Of a stretch of 64,000 nt of DNA, positions 8,851-19,015 are shown piece by piece. The stretch is from IMG/VR virus record IMGVR_UViG_3300045974_000132, positions 62,001 through 126,000 of that record; one strand, written 5' to 3'. Position numbers and translations under genes: made by a program. Within the stretch, counting starts at the first letter, position 1; each line of letters starts with the position of its first letter. Under the pieces are notes generated by a model. It was not told the DNA's origin, searched no databases, and saw nothing but the letters and a program-made list of their open reading frames with translations.

Positions 8851-11800
8851 TTAAAGAATCGGAATAATATACGACAGTAGAGCTGCACCATCTTGGCCAT
8901 TACAGCCGGCCCCTAAACCAGATTCACCGCCGCCGTTACCGTAGCCTGTACCTGTACCACCGTTCCAAGAATTACCATGACCCGATGGAGGAACACCTGA
9001 GCCGTTAGAGCCACCCGCAAATGGCCCAGTATAGCCTTGTGCACCGTTAGGATGAACGCCGTTACCACCACCCGGTGAGCCACCTATACCGTTACCGAAT
9101 TGTGAACCAGGTGTGCCGCCCGTAGCTGCTACAAGCACGGTAGATCCGCGCATTACATATGTTGCACCACCTGCAGTACCTGTATCAAGACCTACAGCAG
9201 CCCCTGTGTCTGTGTAGTTGTAGCTGTAGTTGCTATTGAAGCGATACGAAGCACCAAAGCCGCGCTTGCCTACGATGATCGTAATCGTTTCACCTGGTGT
9301 TACAGTAAGAACAGTACCTAGCACTTTACCACCAGAACCACCACCGCCTCCTACCCAAGCATCGCCATTATTATTACAAGCACCTGACCCTGCACCGGCA
9401 CCGTATAAGCCGTCAACTGTAAGCGATGTTACGTTAGCTGGTATTACTAAGGAATACGTACCTGCTGTTGTATAAGCTACTTGCGTAGGAGTGGGCTGCA
9501 CAAGAATAGCTTCATTCATTGTTAGGTCGACTGCAATGTTTCCGCTTGCATCTGCTACAGTGGCTGTAACTGAGTAAGTCTGCCAAGTAAGAACGTTGGC
9601 TGTATCCTTAGACATATCTAGTGACCAGCTACCGCCGGCTGCAGTCAAAGGTGCACTAGCTAGATTACGCGTGTTCAAACTATTGGTTGTATCAAGAGCC
9701 TTAGTACCGTTTAGCGTATAGGACCAACCGTTGATTGAAACAGAGAACCCACCTGCTGCATCATTAGCTGGATATGTACCAATGATTATAGGTGTCGTAT
9801 TACCGTACGTATGCGTCGTAACTGTTGGTACTGAAGGAGGTGTATTATCGACTACCTTAGTAATTGAAATCTCATTAACTGAAGTATCAACATACGGTGC
9901 GGCTTCACCTACGTCAGCACTAGCAACTACATCGTGGAAGCCCAAGCTTAGTACAACCGAAGTCAAACTCAAGTCCAAGGACCAAGTATCATTCAAAGTA
10001 GACAGAGCAACAGAGCTACCCTTAGTAAAGGTCTGACCTTCAACCGTCACACTAAACGAATTAGCAAAGCGATACGGATACGTACCTGTTATAACCGGTT
10101 GTGCACTACCCGTAATCATTGTATTGACAGTAGGCTTGTTAGGAGTAACACCAGTACCACAATTCAATACTGATGATGCAGTAAAGTCTGTCCAGCAACA
10201 TGACTTGAACAAATCGTCATTCGAGATCATCGGATTGATAGAGCCATCCGGATTGATAGAGATTGCAGGGTAGATCGTATAACTAACAGGAATCTGAATA
10301 TTCTTAATCATCATTTCTGCTGGGAAGTAAGAATACCCAATAGTACCGCTTGTAATGCTAATCAATAGATTGCAATCACCCGTACTAGCATCAAAACTAT
10401 CTACTACAACTCCGAATGATAGATTCGCTGTGTAGGCAGCTGTTGAAGGATAATTACCATAAGCACCACCACGAACAGTAATCAACCATGCCGGCCATGC
10501 AATATCAGAGATACCTCCGTTAGCCTGCCAAGTCTTGTTGTAGACCATACACTTAATAATATCAGCATCATTATACTTCCACTGAGCATATAAGCGTGCA
10601 AAGTATTGAACATACCCAGGTGCGCCACCCGCATCAACCAAAGTCATGTATTCTGTATTGTGGTCTGCAACAACATACGGACGTTTCCACTTAACAGTGT
10701 AAGTGCTACCGCTAAACGCATCAACAATAACATGGGTGAAGGTGCGACTTTGTGTGCTATCACTGTCTACAGAAGATACGGACTGCGTATGGATGCTAGT
10801 ATTACCTAAAGTGAAACCACTTGGTAAGGTAACATGGTCACGCGACCAAATCATATCAAAGAAGTTGGTCAGTAGTGGAACACCTGAATACGTAGTGCCT
10901 TGAAGAGCATTCGGATAGTTAATATAAATACCCGTATCATACGTAATCATAGGTATAGATGCGCGAGATAAAGCTTCGTAGGTCATTGCACCAAGATTGA
11001 TGTTATCAATGAAATACTTTTTACCTTGCTCATACTTGTGAATCGTAAAGGTTGCATCGCCCAGTTCTTGCTTAAGGAATACTTCCAGATACTTATAGAC
11101 GTTGAACGTCATTTTAGCACCTAGGGTAGCACCTGATCCAACTCCTGCATAAGCCGCTGTTGGTAAAACTTGCATAGTCAGAGCTTTAGTTACAGGCTGT
11201 AGACCGTATTTATTTGCAAGATTCTGGTCACTTTGGCTGCCGTTATTGAAGTCCAGCTTCATACTACCTGTTACCAGAGCAAGCAACTTGGTAATAGGAC
11301 AAGCCAGCATATCACGTAAGCGATAGCTCAAGTTCGGCCAATCTACATACGGGCCATTACGTGGCATATACTGAGTAGAGCCATCTTCACGCAGTAACAA
11401 ACGTGTCAAGGGAGGGCCACTAACAAAATACACACTACCTAAGTGTAGATCATAGTAGTCAATAGGCAGCGGTGTAGCATACTGAACTTCTTGAATATAG
11501 TCAGCTTCAACTACCTTATACGTAGGCTTTAGCTGATAGACAGAGCTAAGGAACACAAGAGTATTCTCTTTGCGCTCAACCTTGTTCGTTATGGGATAGT
11601 GGTTTACAGAGCCCGTTGTATTGAAATCAACGTACATTTCTGTACGCCATCCGGCATGAGGTATCGTCTTAAAGTACCAAATTTCGGCAGCTTGCCCTGC
11701 TACTACTTCTTGCAAGTTCAAAGTAGTGTTGCCGCTTACGTAGTAGCTACCCTTATGTTGATAAGCACCGCCTATTGCAATAAAGATTGAATTTTCATCA

Positions 11801-13806
11801 TCGACAGTAGGTATCGTGTAAGTCAAGCTTGCAGTAGTGGTGAAGTCATAGACCTCACATAGAGTTGATCTACCTGCATCTTCTACATCCGTAAAGCAAA
11901 TGAAGTCGATCTTTACACCGAATGGTATAGCTTCCAAGATAGTCAATGTACCGAAAGCTGCACCCTTATTACCCGCAACATAGATATGATTACGTGGGTC
12001 CTGCCATGCTCCACCTGCAAGCATGATGATGTTGGACTTACGCGGTACGTTATAGACAGGATACACTGTCCGAGCACCGTCTGATGTATAGCTCATTGTT
12101 TTGGGTACTAGCTTATTAGGCGTACCCATTCGACCAGCAGGGTCAACCCACTCCGGTCCAGTATTAGTACCGCTTACCGTAGCTGTTATCGAGCTATCTA
12201 CTACCGTGAAGGTAGTAATATCAATAATGGATGTACCATTAGGATATAGAGGAGTCTTAAGGAGAGTTACAACACCCGCGTCAATAGTAAAGTCTGTTTC
12301 AAGGTAGTAGCTACCGTCAACATAGACTATGGTACGAGTAGCATCGAACATTGAAGGATCAACATTGAATGCCAGAGGCTGCCCAACTGTAGCTTGGTAG
12401 AAGTATCTCTTCAACGTTGTGTAGGAAACGTCATCCTCATACGTAGCAAAGCACACAATCTTCAAAGTTCCTACAGTAGGCGGGCTACTGAACAGAACAG
12501 AGGTTGGCTCCATCGTATAATCTGATTTGGGGATATACATATTATCAATGTATAGTTCAACCCACGCCGTATCGTCTGGAACAATAGGCAAGTAATAACG
12601 AGCAGTTATTCCGTCTGTAGGATACGTAGATTCAAACTTAGCCAGCATCCCACCTACGGCAACAACTGTAGGGATGAACGCATATACATCTACAGCTTTG
12701 CCGGCAAAGGTAGGAGCCAGCACTTCATTAGCTGCTACAGAATAGTTGCTGAAAGGGATGCACTTACCTTCTACGAAGACATACGTATCAATCTCAGTAG
12801 CACCCAGAATAGCGGGATCAGCAAACATGCCTAAAGAGTCGAAAGTGCCGCTTGCAACATGTGCAACATACTTTGTTTTATTTATTACTTGTTCTACCCG
12901 AGTCCAATCATTTAGGCCTACACCTAATACAAGGTAGTCTTCCAAGTCGGCTGTACGTGCAGGTAGTTGATTCTTTAAGCTGCGCCAGATTGAAACTGTA
13001 GAAGAAGATGCGATTGACTGCCATGCTTTATCAACAGTGGTAAAGGTATTGTTTGCCTTATTGAATGTTAACTTACGCGAGAAGCCGTCACCTACGCCAC
13101 CAACAACTTGGCAGATAACAGTTTCATTATCATTCAACCAAAAGCCACCCTTATCTGGATTTAAAGAGAAGGTAGTAGAGTCAACAATCGAATCAAGGCT
13201 CCCTTTATAGATACGATTGTAGCCTACGAAGGCCCATTGATTACCACCTGGCCCTGACTTGACAGCGATACTTGCAGAAGAAGCATCTAGGTAGTCATTG
13301 ACGTTTTCATCAAGGACAATAACTGCATTCTGATAGGAGTGTTGAGGCTGTGCTAGAGTTCGTACAAAAGGTGTAGCCGGAAGACTATTGTTGTTTGACA
13401 CAACAACATTGATAACATCACCTAAACGATTTGCTACAACTAGCAAATAGATAGTAATGGCATACTCGGAAGTCTTCTCATAAACAGGAACTAGCGGCCC
13501 ATAAGCAAAAAGCTCGCCGCTAGCTAGATATACACCGATTTCACGTAACTGCCACATGCCTGCTTTAGGCAGACTAGCTGGGACTGTTAGTGTAAGACGA
13601 ACAGAAGCAGTATCTACAACCTCAATAGCTGTAACTTGGGCTTGATAGACAGGAACACCCAGCATACCTAAAGCACTAATAGTATCAGTTTTAGATAAAC
13701 CGGATATATCGTACTCAGATACTTTGAAATCGGTTAGGTCTATTAAGAAGCCACCTTGCTCTGCATTTGCAATGGCCGCTAAACCTATGTCGGTTACTGA
13801 TAGCAT
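8851..13806 (-). CDS. large tail fibre / baseplate-attached receptor-binding protein
   Basis: N-terminal tail-collar attachment domain (VTDIGLAA...WQLREIGVY), multiple V.V.G.Y.....Y beta repeats, two P.ITGTYP Ig-like repeats, Gly-rich C-terminal domain. Confidence 0.8.
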   Translation of the reverse strand: MLSVTDIGLAAIANAEQGGFLIDLTDFKVSEYDISGLSKTDTISALGMLGVPVYQAQVTAIEVVDTASVRLTLTVPASLPKAGMWQLREIGVYLASGELFAYGPLVPVYEKTSEYAITIYLLVVANRLGDVINVVVSNNNSLPATPFVRTLAQPQHSYQNAVIVLDENVNDYLDASSASIAVKSGPGGNQWAFVGYNRIYKGSLDSIVDSTTFSLNPDKGGFWLNDNETVICQVVGGVGDGFSRKLTFNKANNTFTTVDKAWQSIASSSTVSIWRSLKNQLPARTADLEDYLVLGVGLNDWTRVEQVINKTKYVAHVASGTFDSLGMFADPAILGATEIDTYVFVEGKCIPFSNYSVAANEVLAPTFAGKAVDVYAFIPTVVAVGGMLAKFESTYPTDGITARYYLPIVPDDTAWVELYIDNMYIPKSDYTMEPTSVLFSSPPTVGTLKIVCFATYEDDVSYTTLKRYFYQATVGQPLAFNVDPSMFDATRTIVYVDGSYYLETDFTIDAGVVTLLKTPLYPNGTSIIDITTFTVVDSSITATVSGTNTGPEWVDPAGRMGTPNKLVPKTMSYTSDGARTVYPVYNVPRKSNIIMLAGGAWQDPRNHIYVAGNKGAAFGTLTILEAIPFGVKIDFICFTDVEDAGRSTLCEVYDFTTTASLTYTIPTVDDENSIFIAIGGAYQHKGSYYVSGNTTLNLQEVVAGQAAEIWYFKTIPHAGWRTEMYVDFNTTGSVNHYPITNKVERKENTLVFLSSVYQLKPTYKVVEADYIQEVQYATPLPIDYYDLHLGSVYFVSGPPLTRLLLREDGSTQYMPRNGPYVDWPNLSYRLRDMLACPITKLLALVTGSMKLDFNNGSQSDQNLANKYGLQPVTKALTMQVLPTAAYAGVGSGATLGAKMTFNVYKYLEVFLKQELGDATFTIHKYEQGKKYFIDNINLGAMTYEALSRASIPMITYDTGIYINYPNALQGTTYSGVPLLTNFFDMIWSRDHVTLPSGFTLGNTSIHTQSVSSVDSDSTQSRTFTHVIVDAFSGSTYTVKWKRPYVVADHNTEYMTLVDAGGAPGYVQYFARLYAQWKYNDADIIKCMVYNKTWQANGGISDIAWPAWLITVRGGAYGNYPSTAAYTANLSFGVVVDSFDASTGDCNLLISITSGTIGYSYFPAEMMIKNIQIPVSYTIYPAISINPDGSINPMISNDDLFKSCCWTDFTASSVLNCGTGVTPNKPTVNTMITGSAQPVITGTYPYRFANSFSVTVEGQTFTKGSSVALSTLNDTWSLDLSLTSVVLSLGFHDVVASADVGEAAPYVDTSVNEISITKVVDNTPPSVPTVTTHTYGNTTPIIIGTYPANDAAGGFSVSINGWSYTLNGTKALDTTNSLNTRNLASAPLTAAGGSWSLDMSKDTANVLTWQTYSVTATVADASGNIAVDLTMNEAILVQPTPTQVAYTTAGTYSLVIPANVTSLTVDGLYGAGAGSGACNNNGDAWVGGGGGSGGKVLGTVLTVTPGETITIIVGKRGFGASYRFNSNYSYNYTDTGAAVGLDTGTAGGATYVMRGSTVLVAATGGTPGSQFGNGIGGSPGGGNGVHPNGAQGYTGPFAGGSNGSGVPPSGHGNSWNGGTGTGYGNGGGESGLGAGCNGQDGAALLSYIIPIL

Positions 13807-13837
13807 ACTTTTTTATCCTTTGTTACAAACTTTATAC

Positions 13838-14509
13838 CTAAATTTGATTGTCACCAGCTGCGATTAGTTGGTAAATCCTATTAGGCGCTAGTTGCTTAAC
13901 CCCGAAAGCTACCTCTGCTTTAACATACGCTGAGAATCCCATACGCTCAATCACTAATGTTATCGGTGCTTGTTGGTAGAATATCTCTTTAGTACGCTGA
14001 TACAGAGTTTGACCTTGCTTTAACTGTAAGCCTGCTAATGTTAAGAAGCCCATAGCTAGATCAATGTGCGTCGTTTTAAACCAACGTCCACCTTTATCTA
14101 TTGTAAGACCTTTAGGCTGTGCATAAAAATTAACATAGTCTTGGCTCCACAAATAAGTTACATCACAGAAGCCGTTAATCATTAGGCTTATAAACTTTGT
14201 GAAAGCTTCTGTGCCGTTACTATCTGGATACATACCTAATTGCGTAACAATGCGCGTAAACTTATCTACGCTCATGTTCAATACGTCTTGGCTCAAGTCA
14301 AAGCCTAACATCCGACAAGCATCCGACAATATCTTTTGGTCAGCATCAGGAGGGAGATACCTAAGCATCTCCAACTGTTGAATAGGGTCATCAACGTTAG
14401 TCTTGACAACCATATCAAAAGCTGTAGCTAGCTCTGCCCATACGGTATTGTCTTTTAGCTTAGACGTAACAATATCGAGCAGTTCTGCTTCTGCAATGGT
14501 TACAGTCAT
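13838..14509 (-). CDS. baseplate wedge protein (P2 gpI/T4 gp7-like position)
   Basis: Position after the gp6/J-like gene; MLGFD...GT..F..FI pattern. Confidence 0.55.
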   Translation of the reverse strand: MTVTIAEAELLDIVTSKLKDNTVWAELATAFDMVVKTNVDDPIQQLEMLRYLPPDADQKILSDACRMLGFDLSQDVLNMSVDKFTRIVTQLGMYPDSNGTEAFTKFISLMINGFCDVTYLWSQDYVNFYAQPKGLTIDKGGRWFKTTHIDLAMGFLTLAGLQLKQGQTLYQRTKEIFYQQAPITLVIERMGFSAYVKAEVAFGVKQLAPNRIYQLIAAGDNQI

Positions 14510-16234
14510 TTAACTACTCCCATCACCGTAAATGCTACGCTCACTGTATGTCGTATTAACCAGATAGGAAGCAAGCTTAATGAAGTAAGTACCGTCAACA
14601 GGCAACAAATCTGTGACCGCAATAGTATCATTAGTTAGTTTACACTTATTGACCTCAACGTAGTCGATGCCTTCCACCATAGCGGCCTTCACTACGTCAG
14701 ATACTGCGATGCGCCTACCTAGTGTATCGCTCTGGCGTGAGAACAAAGCATTAACTTTAGCTTCTGCATTAGGCAGTACAGTAGAAGGTATATACTCCTT
14801 CTTTAGTGCCAGCGTTAATTCAATCTCAGCATTTTGTGAAGTAGGGTTTATCGTAACAATGTTGACCGCAGCATGTCGTTTCTTCTTCATGTATGCAAGA
14901 AACTCATCCCACTCAGGTGCTGTTAAACTCATAGAGTTTGGGTCAGCAGGGAGTAAACAAATACGAAGTTGATTCATCCAGCGTAGATCGTGCGGAGCAA
15001 TGTCACGCTGTGCCATTACGTTTGCACTGATAATACCTGGGTAGTCTAACGACACTGCTAAGTAATCTGAATCAGTAACGCCTCGATTACGTGCCTTGAA
15101 GATAAGAGGCGCCATAAACCGATAATAGTTTGACGGCTTTTGGTCAGCACCACCTGAGATAACAGAAGCAGTCTTGCCTGACAACCAGTTGTAATTCGTA
15201 CAAGTTACATCCAAAGCACTTAGACCGTTATTAGCAGCTTGACCTTGCGTAATAACGTACTTGACATTGATCGTACTACCTAACAGAGGTATTGCACCGT
15301 TAGTACCGTCACCGAAAGCGATAATTGTTTCGCCTAAGCCTGACGTAGAATCATAGAACACATTGTCAGTAGAACCTGCACTCCACATACCGTCGGTGAT
15401 CTGGCCCCACGTAATAACAGTTCCGTCAATATTGGTAACAGTTACATTTACGTCAACATCCGAAACTTGGAAGTTTGTCTGGGCTAAGTATATTTGACGG
15501 AAGCCGCTACCGTCTGACGTAAAGGATTCAGTAGTGATACTACCTTCAAACAATTGCACAATCGAACTCATTACGCTAACACGAACAGAAGCGAGTTGCG
15601 TAAAGGGTGTTTCACCATCAGCTAGTGCAAATAAGTCTTCGCCTACGTTACCGCCCACGTACTTGATAGCTTTAATCTGACCCATGTCAGCACCGCTATT
15701 AATTACTAGGTTGAACGTATCACCTACCCGTAACACTGTAACGTTTAAAGCACTTATGTCTAAACGGAAGTGCGTGCCGTCAACAAAGGCTTTAACGGGC
15801 CCGTAGAACAAACGTTCGGCAGCAGTTAAGCTCCCTTGTGCAAACATCAAAGTATTGCGATTAAAGAAGTTCTGACCATTAACCGTAAGTTGTGTGTAAG
15901 CAGGTAGCGCAAAAGATACAGAGGAGTCAATACGCGATATATTTACTGTAACGCTGGCTGGATACTTACGATGAATACGAACACCCAGCATTCGAGTGAT
16001 AGCATAGATCGAGCTATCTCGAACCGCAGTAGTTAAGGTCGTTTCACGCGCTGCACTCTCAATACCAAACTGATTCATGGCCCCGACAGCAGCCATCATT
16101 TCCATCAGTGTCTCACCTGTACTCGACGTTTGAAGGTCTTGCCAAGCATTAGTACCTTGCAAATAAATTTGCAATTGCAGCAGCAAACTTTCAAAGTCTG
16201 GCCTTACATTACTTAAAACTAATGGGATGGTCAT
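14510..16234 (-). CDS. baseplate wedge protein, T4 gp6 / baseplate J-like
   Basis: PDFESL, TAVRDSSIY, IAFGDGTNGAIP, GGAD, RGVTDSDY. Confidence 0.85.
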   Translation of the reverse strand: MTIPLVLSNVRPDFESLLLQLQIYLQGTNAWQDLQTSSTGETLMEMMAAVGAMNQFGIESAARETTLTTAVRDSSIYAITRMLGVRIHRKYPASVTVNISRIDSSVSFALPAYTQLTVNGQNFFNRNTLMFAQGSLTAAERLFYGPVKAFVDGTHFRLDISALNVTVLRVGDTFNLVINSGADMGQIKAIKYVGGNVGEDLFALADGETPFTQLASVRVSVMSSIVQLFEGSITTESFTSDGSGFRQIYLAQTNFQVSDVDVNVTVTNIDGTVITWGQITDGMWSAGSTDNVFYDSTSGLGETIIAFGDGTNGAIPLLGSTINVKYVITQGQAANNGLSALDVTCTNYNWLSGKTASVISGGADQKPSNYYRFMAPLIFKARNRGVTDSDYLAVSLDYPGIISANVMAQRDIAPHDLRWMNQLRICLLPADPNSMSLTAPEWDEFLAYMKKKRHAAVNIVTINPTSQNAEIELTLALKKEYIPSTVLPNAEAKVNALFSRQSDTLGRRIAVSDVVKAAMVEGIDYVEVNKCKLTNDTIAVTDLLPVDGTYFIKLASYLVNTTYSERSIYGDGSS

Positions 16235-16638
16235 GATGCGGCACCCTGGCTAATGTTGAACTTATATGATACCATCTTGTTTCCTAGCATAGGAATACGA
16301 TAGCTTACATCCACATAGTATTGCTGATTGGAAATATCAGGAAGTACTATGACGCTTATGTTTGTAATACGGTTTTCCCAATCCTGCGCTACCTGCTTTA
16401 ATTCAAAAGCAATCGCGTTGGCCGTTATGTCGTCCATCGGTTGGAATAACAAGTCATTGAGCTTAGAACCGAATTGTCTGCGAAACAGTCTTGAGTATTT
16501 AGGTGTTGTAAAACATGTTTCTAAAGACTTGACTATGGAGTCTTCATTGAATACCAGTTCAAACGGTCCATCCATTGTAACATCAGGATTCACATCGCTG
16601 AAGATAATCCTATTCGGTGTGTTTAAAACTGGTTTCAT
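16231..16638 (-). CDS. baseplate gp25-like sheath initiator
   Basis: SIVKSL...TPKYSRLFRRQFGSKLNDLLFQP...WENRI. Confidence 0.85.
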   Translation of the reverse strand: MKPVLNTPNRIIFSDVNPDVTMDGPFELVFNEDSIVKSLETCFTTPKYSRLFRRQFGSKLNDLLFQPMDDITANAIAFELKQVAQDWENRITNISVIVLPDISNQQYYVDVSYRIPMLGNKMVSYKFNISQGAAS

Positions 16639-16649
16639 TTAAGATCGCC

Positions 16650-16937
16650 TTAATTCACAATAACGTCACTGCTACCTGTAGCCATTGAAGAACCGCAACT
16701 AACAGCATCACCTACTCGGCACTTGGGCTTTCCGTTAACAAATACATCAGGGCTACCAGAGGCTGCAACACCACCGTGTGGCGCACATACAGAGCATCCG
16801 TGCAGAGCCCATCCGTCACCTACTCTATGACTAGGCTTTCCGTTAACAAATACATCAGGGCTTGCAGAAATATTTGCACGAGAAGGGAAGCATCCGTGCC
16901 CGCTGTCGAAATCCCCTAGTCTAACAGCACCCGTCAT
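16650..16937 (-). CDS. PAAR spike-tip protein
   Basis: AVRLGD..SGHG, repeated SPDVFVNGKP..RVGD, CGS...TGSSDV. Confidence 0.9.
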   Translation of the reverse strand: MTGAVRLGDFDSGHGCFPSRANISASPDVFVNGKPSHRVGDGWALHGCSVCAPHGGVAASGSPDVFVNGKPKCRVGDAVSCGSSMATGSSDVIVN

Positions 16938-16947
16938 AAGTATTCCC

Positions 16948-17265
16948 TTACTTGTCTAAGTAGGCATTAATTTCATACTTACCGCTCGGCATCTTATGCC
17001 ACTGTAAGTGCAAAGCATTGCATACCTTATTGTCGCGCTTATCGCCTAAGTCGATTGTAGCTCTACCGTCACGCCCTGTTAAGAAGCCTTCCCACGGTTC
17101 ACCGTCTTCATCTAGCAAAGACATACGAGCTTCTTCACAAGCTGCCCAAATATTATCCATCGGAATCTTTGGATAATACGTCTTACACAAATGGGAAAGA
17201 GCTTCCTTGAGCTTATCAGGAAGTGGGCCATACGTATTAGCAGATACGCTGATAAGAAGTTCCAT
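16948..17265 (-). CDS. hypothetical protein with N-terminal S-x-S leader
   Basis: Starts MELLISVSAN; 105 aa. Confidence 0.7.
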   Translation of the reverse strand: MELLISVSANTYGPLPDKLKEALSHLCKTYYPKIPMDNIWAACEEARMSLLDEDGEPWEGFLTGRDGRATIDLGDKRDNKVCNALHLQWHKMPSGKYEINAYLDK

Positions 17266-17306
17266 AGCAGTCTCTTAGAGTAACTGCACCAGTTCCTTAA
17301 GTATTA

Positions 17307-17444
17307 CTAAGTATTCCTGGTGCAATAAAAATCGGATTGTAAAGCTTGTACCGGATCGTCTGACTTAAAAACTGCCTTTTCTATACTTTGTTTTCTTTTA
17401 AACAGTTCGCTAAGTCGGAGCTTTCGCTCTGTGACAGCAAACAT
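17307..17444 (-). CDS. small hypothetical protein (45 aa)
   Basis: GGGAG RBS, ATG at 17444, TAATTT motif upstream; MFAVTERKLRLSELFKRKQ... Confidence 0.45.
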   Translation of the reverse strand: MFAVTERKLRLSELFKRKQSIEKAVFKSDDPVQALQSDFYCTRNT

Positions 17445-17485
17445 TTTGACTCCCTTTTACTTCATCTAAATTAGCACTTTCATTT

Positions 17486-19015
17486 CTAACCTGTATATGT
17501 CACGCCACCGACGCCCGGCTGATTCTTGAGCAAGATGATACCTTGCTTATAGCCGTTGTTTACGGAAACGCGAGTTTTGAAGTTTGTAGTGCTAAGGGCC
17601 GTTGAGTTGTATGCTACGTGAATCCAAGGACGATTGGCCCCATACTCTAGGATTACTTCAGAGAACGGAAGATTGTCTTTAATCCAAACAGCACGATCAT
17701 AGTATTCCTTATCACTAATACCCGGCCACTGCAAGTCTGTAGCACTACCCTTAGTATGCCAGCTATTAGGAGCACTTGCATTTGCAACTAAACGGAAGCC
17801 GCTTGTTACAACAGGCTTACCATACTTAGCAGTAATTGGCTCCAGCATATTCTTAGCATGTTGGCTAAGGTTGCATACTATCTGGGCCGCAGTAAGACCT
17901 TGCTGGGCTGCAACAGCATTACGTTGCAAGGCAGCATTCGTTGAAAGCATACCCAGGTTGAAGCTAGTTGAAAGTTGAGTAGTCGGTGGAAAGTCTGTCA
18001 TTGCTTCAAAAGCAGAACAATCCTTAGGTGCAGCAGTTTTAGCAGGAGGGGCCACTTCACTCTTCTCCGTTTCAGTAGGATTATTAGGAGCAGTTGACAT
18101 ACCCGCTGCGGTAAGTGCTTCTTTAGAAGGTGTCGCTCCTTCAAAGTTTGTTACCGCCACATCTTCTTTAGTTGCAGATGAAGAGAAACCATCACCTGGA
18201 GCAGCGCCTCTGATACCAGGCCAATCTTTTAGTTGGACTGCTGCTGCATCACCTGGGCTACCCGGATCACCTGCGCCCGTTCCACCGTTTTCTTGCAAAG
18301 GCGATCCTTCAAGCGATAGCACCCCACCCGCTTTGACTGTTGCAGCAGCCGAAGCAGAATGCGTAAGTTGTCCTTGTGCAGAAATCAAATGGTCGGCAGA
18401 CTGTGTATGACTCTTACCTGATATATGTTCCTTGAAGTCACCCTTGACAGTAACAGAATGGCTACCATCAATCGTTTCATCGAGATTGCCTTGAATGTGC
18501 CTAGTTACATTGCCGTGAACCAACTCAGCAACATTACCTAATACTTCAAGCTGTAAGTCTCCGACTACGCAAATGCGACAGTCACCAGGGCTACGCATAT
18601 AAATGATGTTTGCTTGGGTATCAACAATCATCATTGAATTGTTTTGAAAGCGAAGAACAGCCCGATTAGGATAGTTCATTTCTGCTTCTTGCAAAGCAGT
18701 ACCCTTATCTACATTGTATCCTCTATACTCCGGATACATCGGACTGCCCTTCTGAAAGCGTACTTGAACTTTAGTTCCAACTTTCGGTACTAACAATATA
18801 CCCGAGCTACCGAACGCCCCATCTGGGTGATTCCAACCAGCTGAGATTGCCCAAGGTAGGTCTTCGTCAGGGATGCCATCGAATATTTCTTTTACACGCG
18901 CTTGAATACGCCCATACTTATCAGGATCGTTATTATGTACGACAGTAGCAGCATACCAAATATCTTTATTTAGGCCTTGCCCTTCGGCCATATCGGTCGC
19001 TAGGTTCATTGTCAT
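17486..19015 (-). CDS. gp5/VgrG-like central spike with C-terminal peptidase M15 domain
   Basis: OB fold (NDPDKYGRIQARV...LPWA...VPKVGTKV), V.GN beta-helix repeats, then TSGFR...HTKGSATD...WIHV zinc-peptidase motifs. Confidence 0.85.
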   Translation of the reverse strand: MTMNLATDMAEGQGLNKDIWYAATVVHNNDPDKYGRIQARVKEIFDGIPDEDLPWAISAGWNHPDGAFGSSGILLVPKVGTKVQVRFQKGSPMYPEYRGYNVDKGTALQEAEMNYPNRAVLRFQNNSMMIVDTQANIIYMRSPGDCRICVVGDLQLEVLGNVAELVHGNVTRHIQGNLDETIDGSHSVTVKGDFKEHISGKSHTQSADHLISAQGQLTHSASAAATVKAGGVLSLEGSPLQENGGTGAGDPGSPGDAAAVQLKDWPGIRGAAPGDGFSSSATKEDVAVTNFEGATPSKEALTAAGMSTAPNNPTETEKSEVAPPAKTAAPKDCSAFEAMTDFPPTTQLSTSFNLGMLSTNAALQRNAVAAQQGLTAAQIVCNLSQHAKNMLEPITAKYGKPVVTSGFRLVANASAPNSWHTKGSATDLQWPGISDKEYYDRAVWIKDNLPFSEVILEYGANRPWIHVAYNSTALSTTNFKTRVSVNNGYKQGIILLKNQPGVGGVTYTG

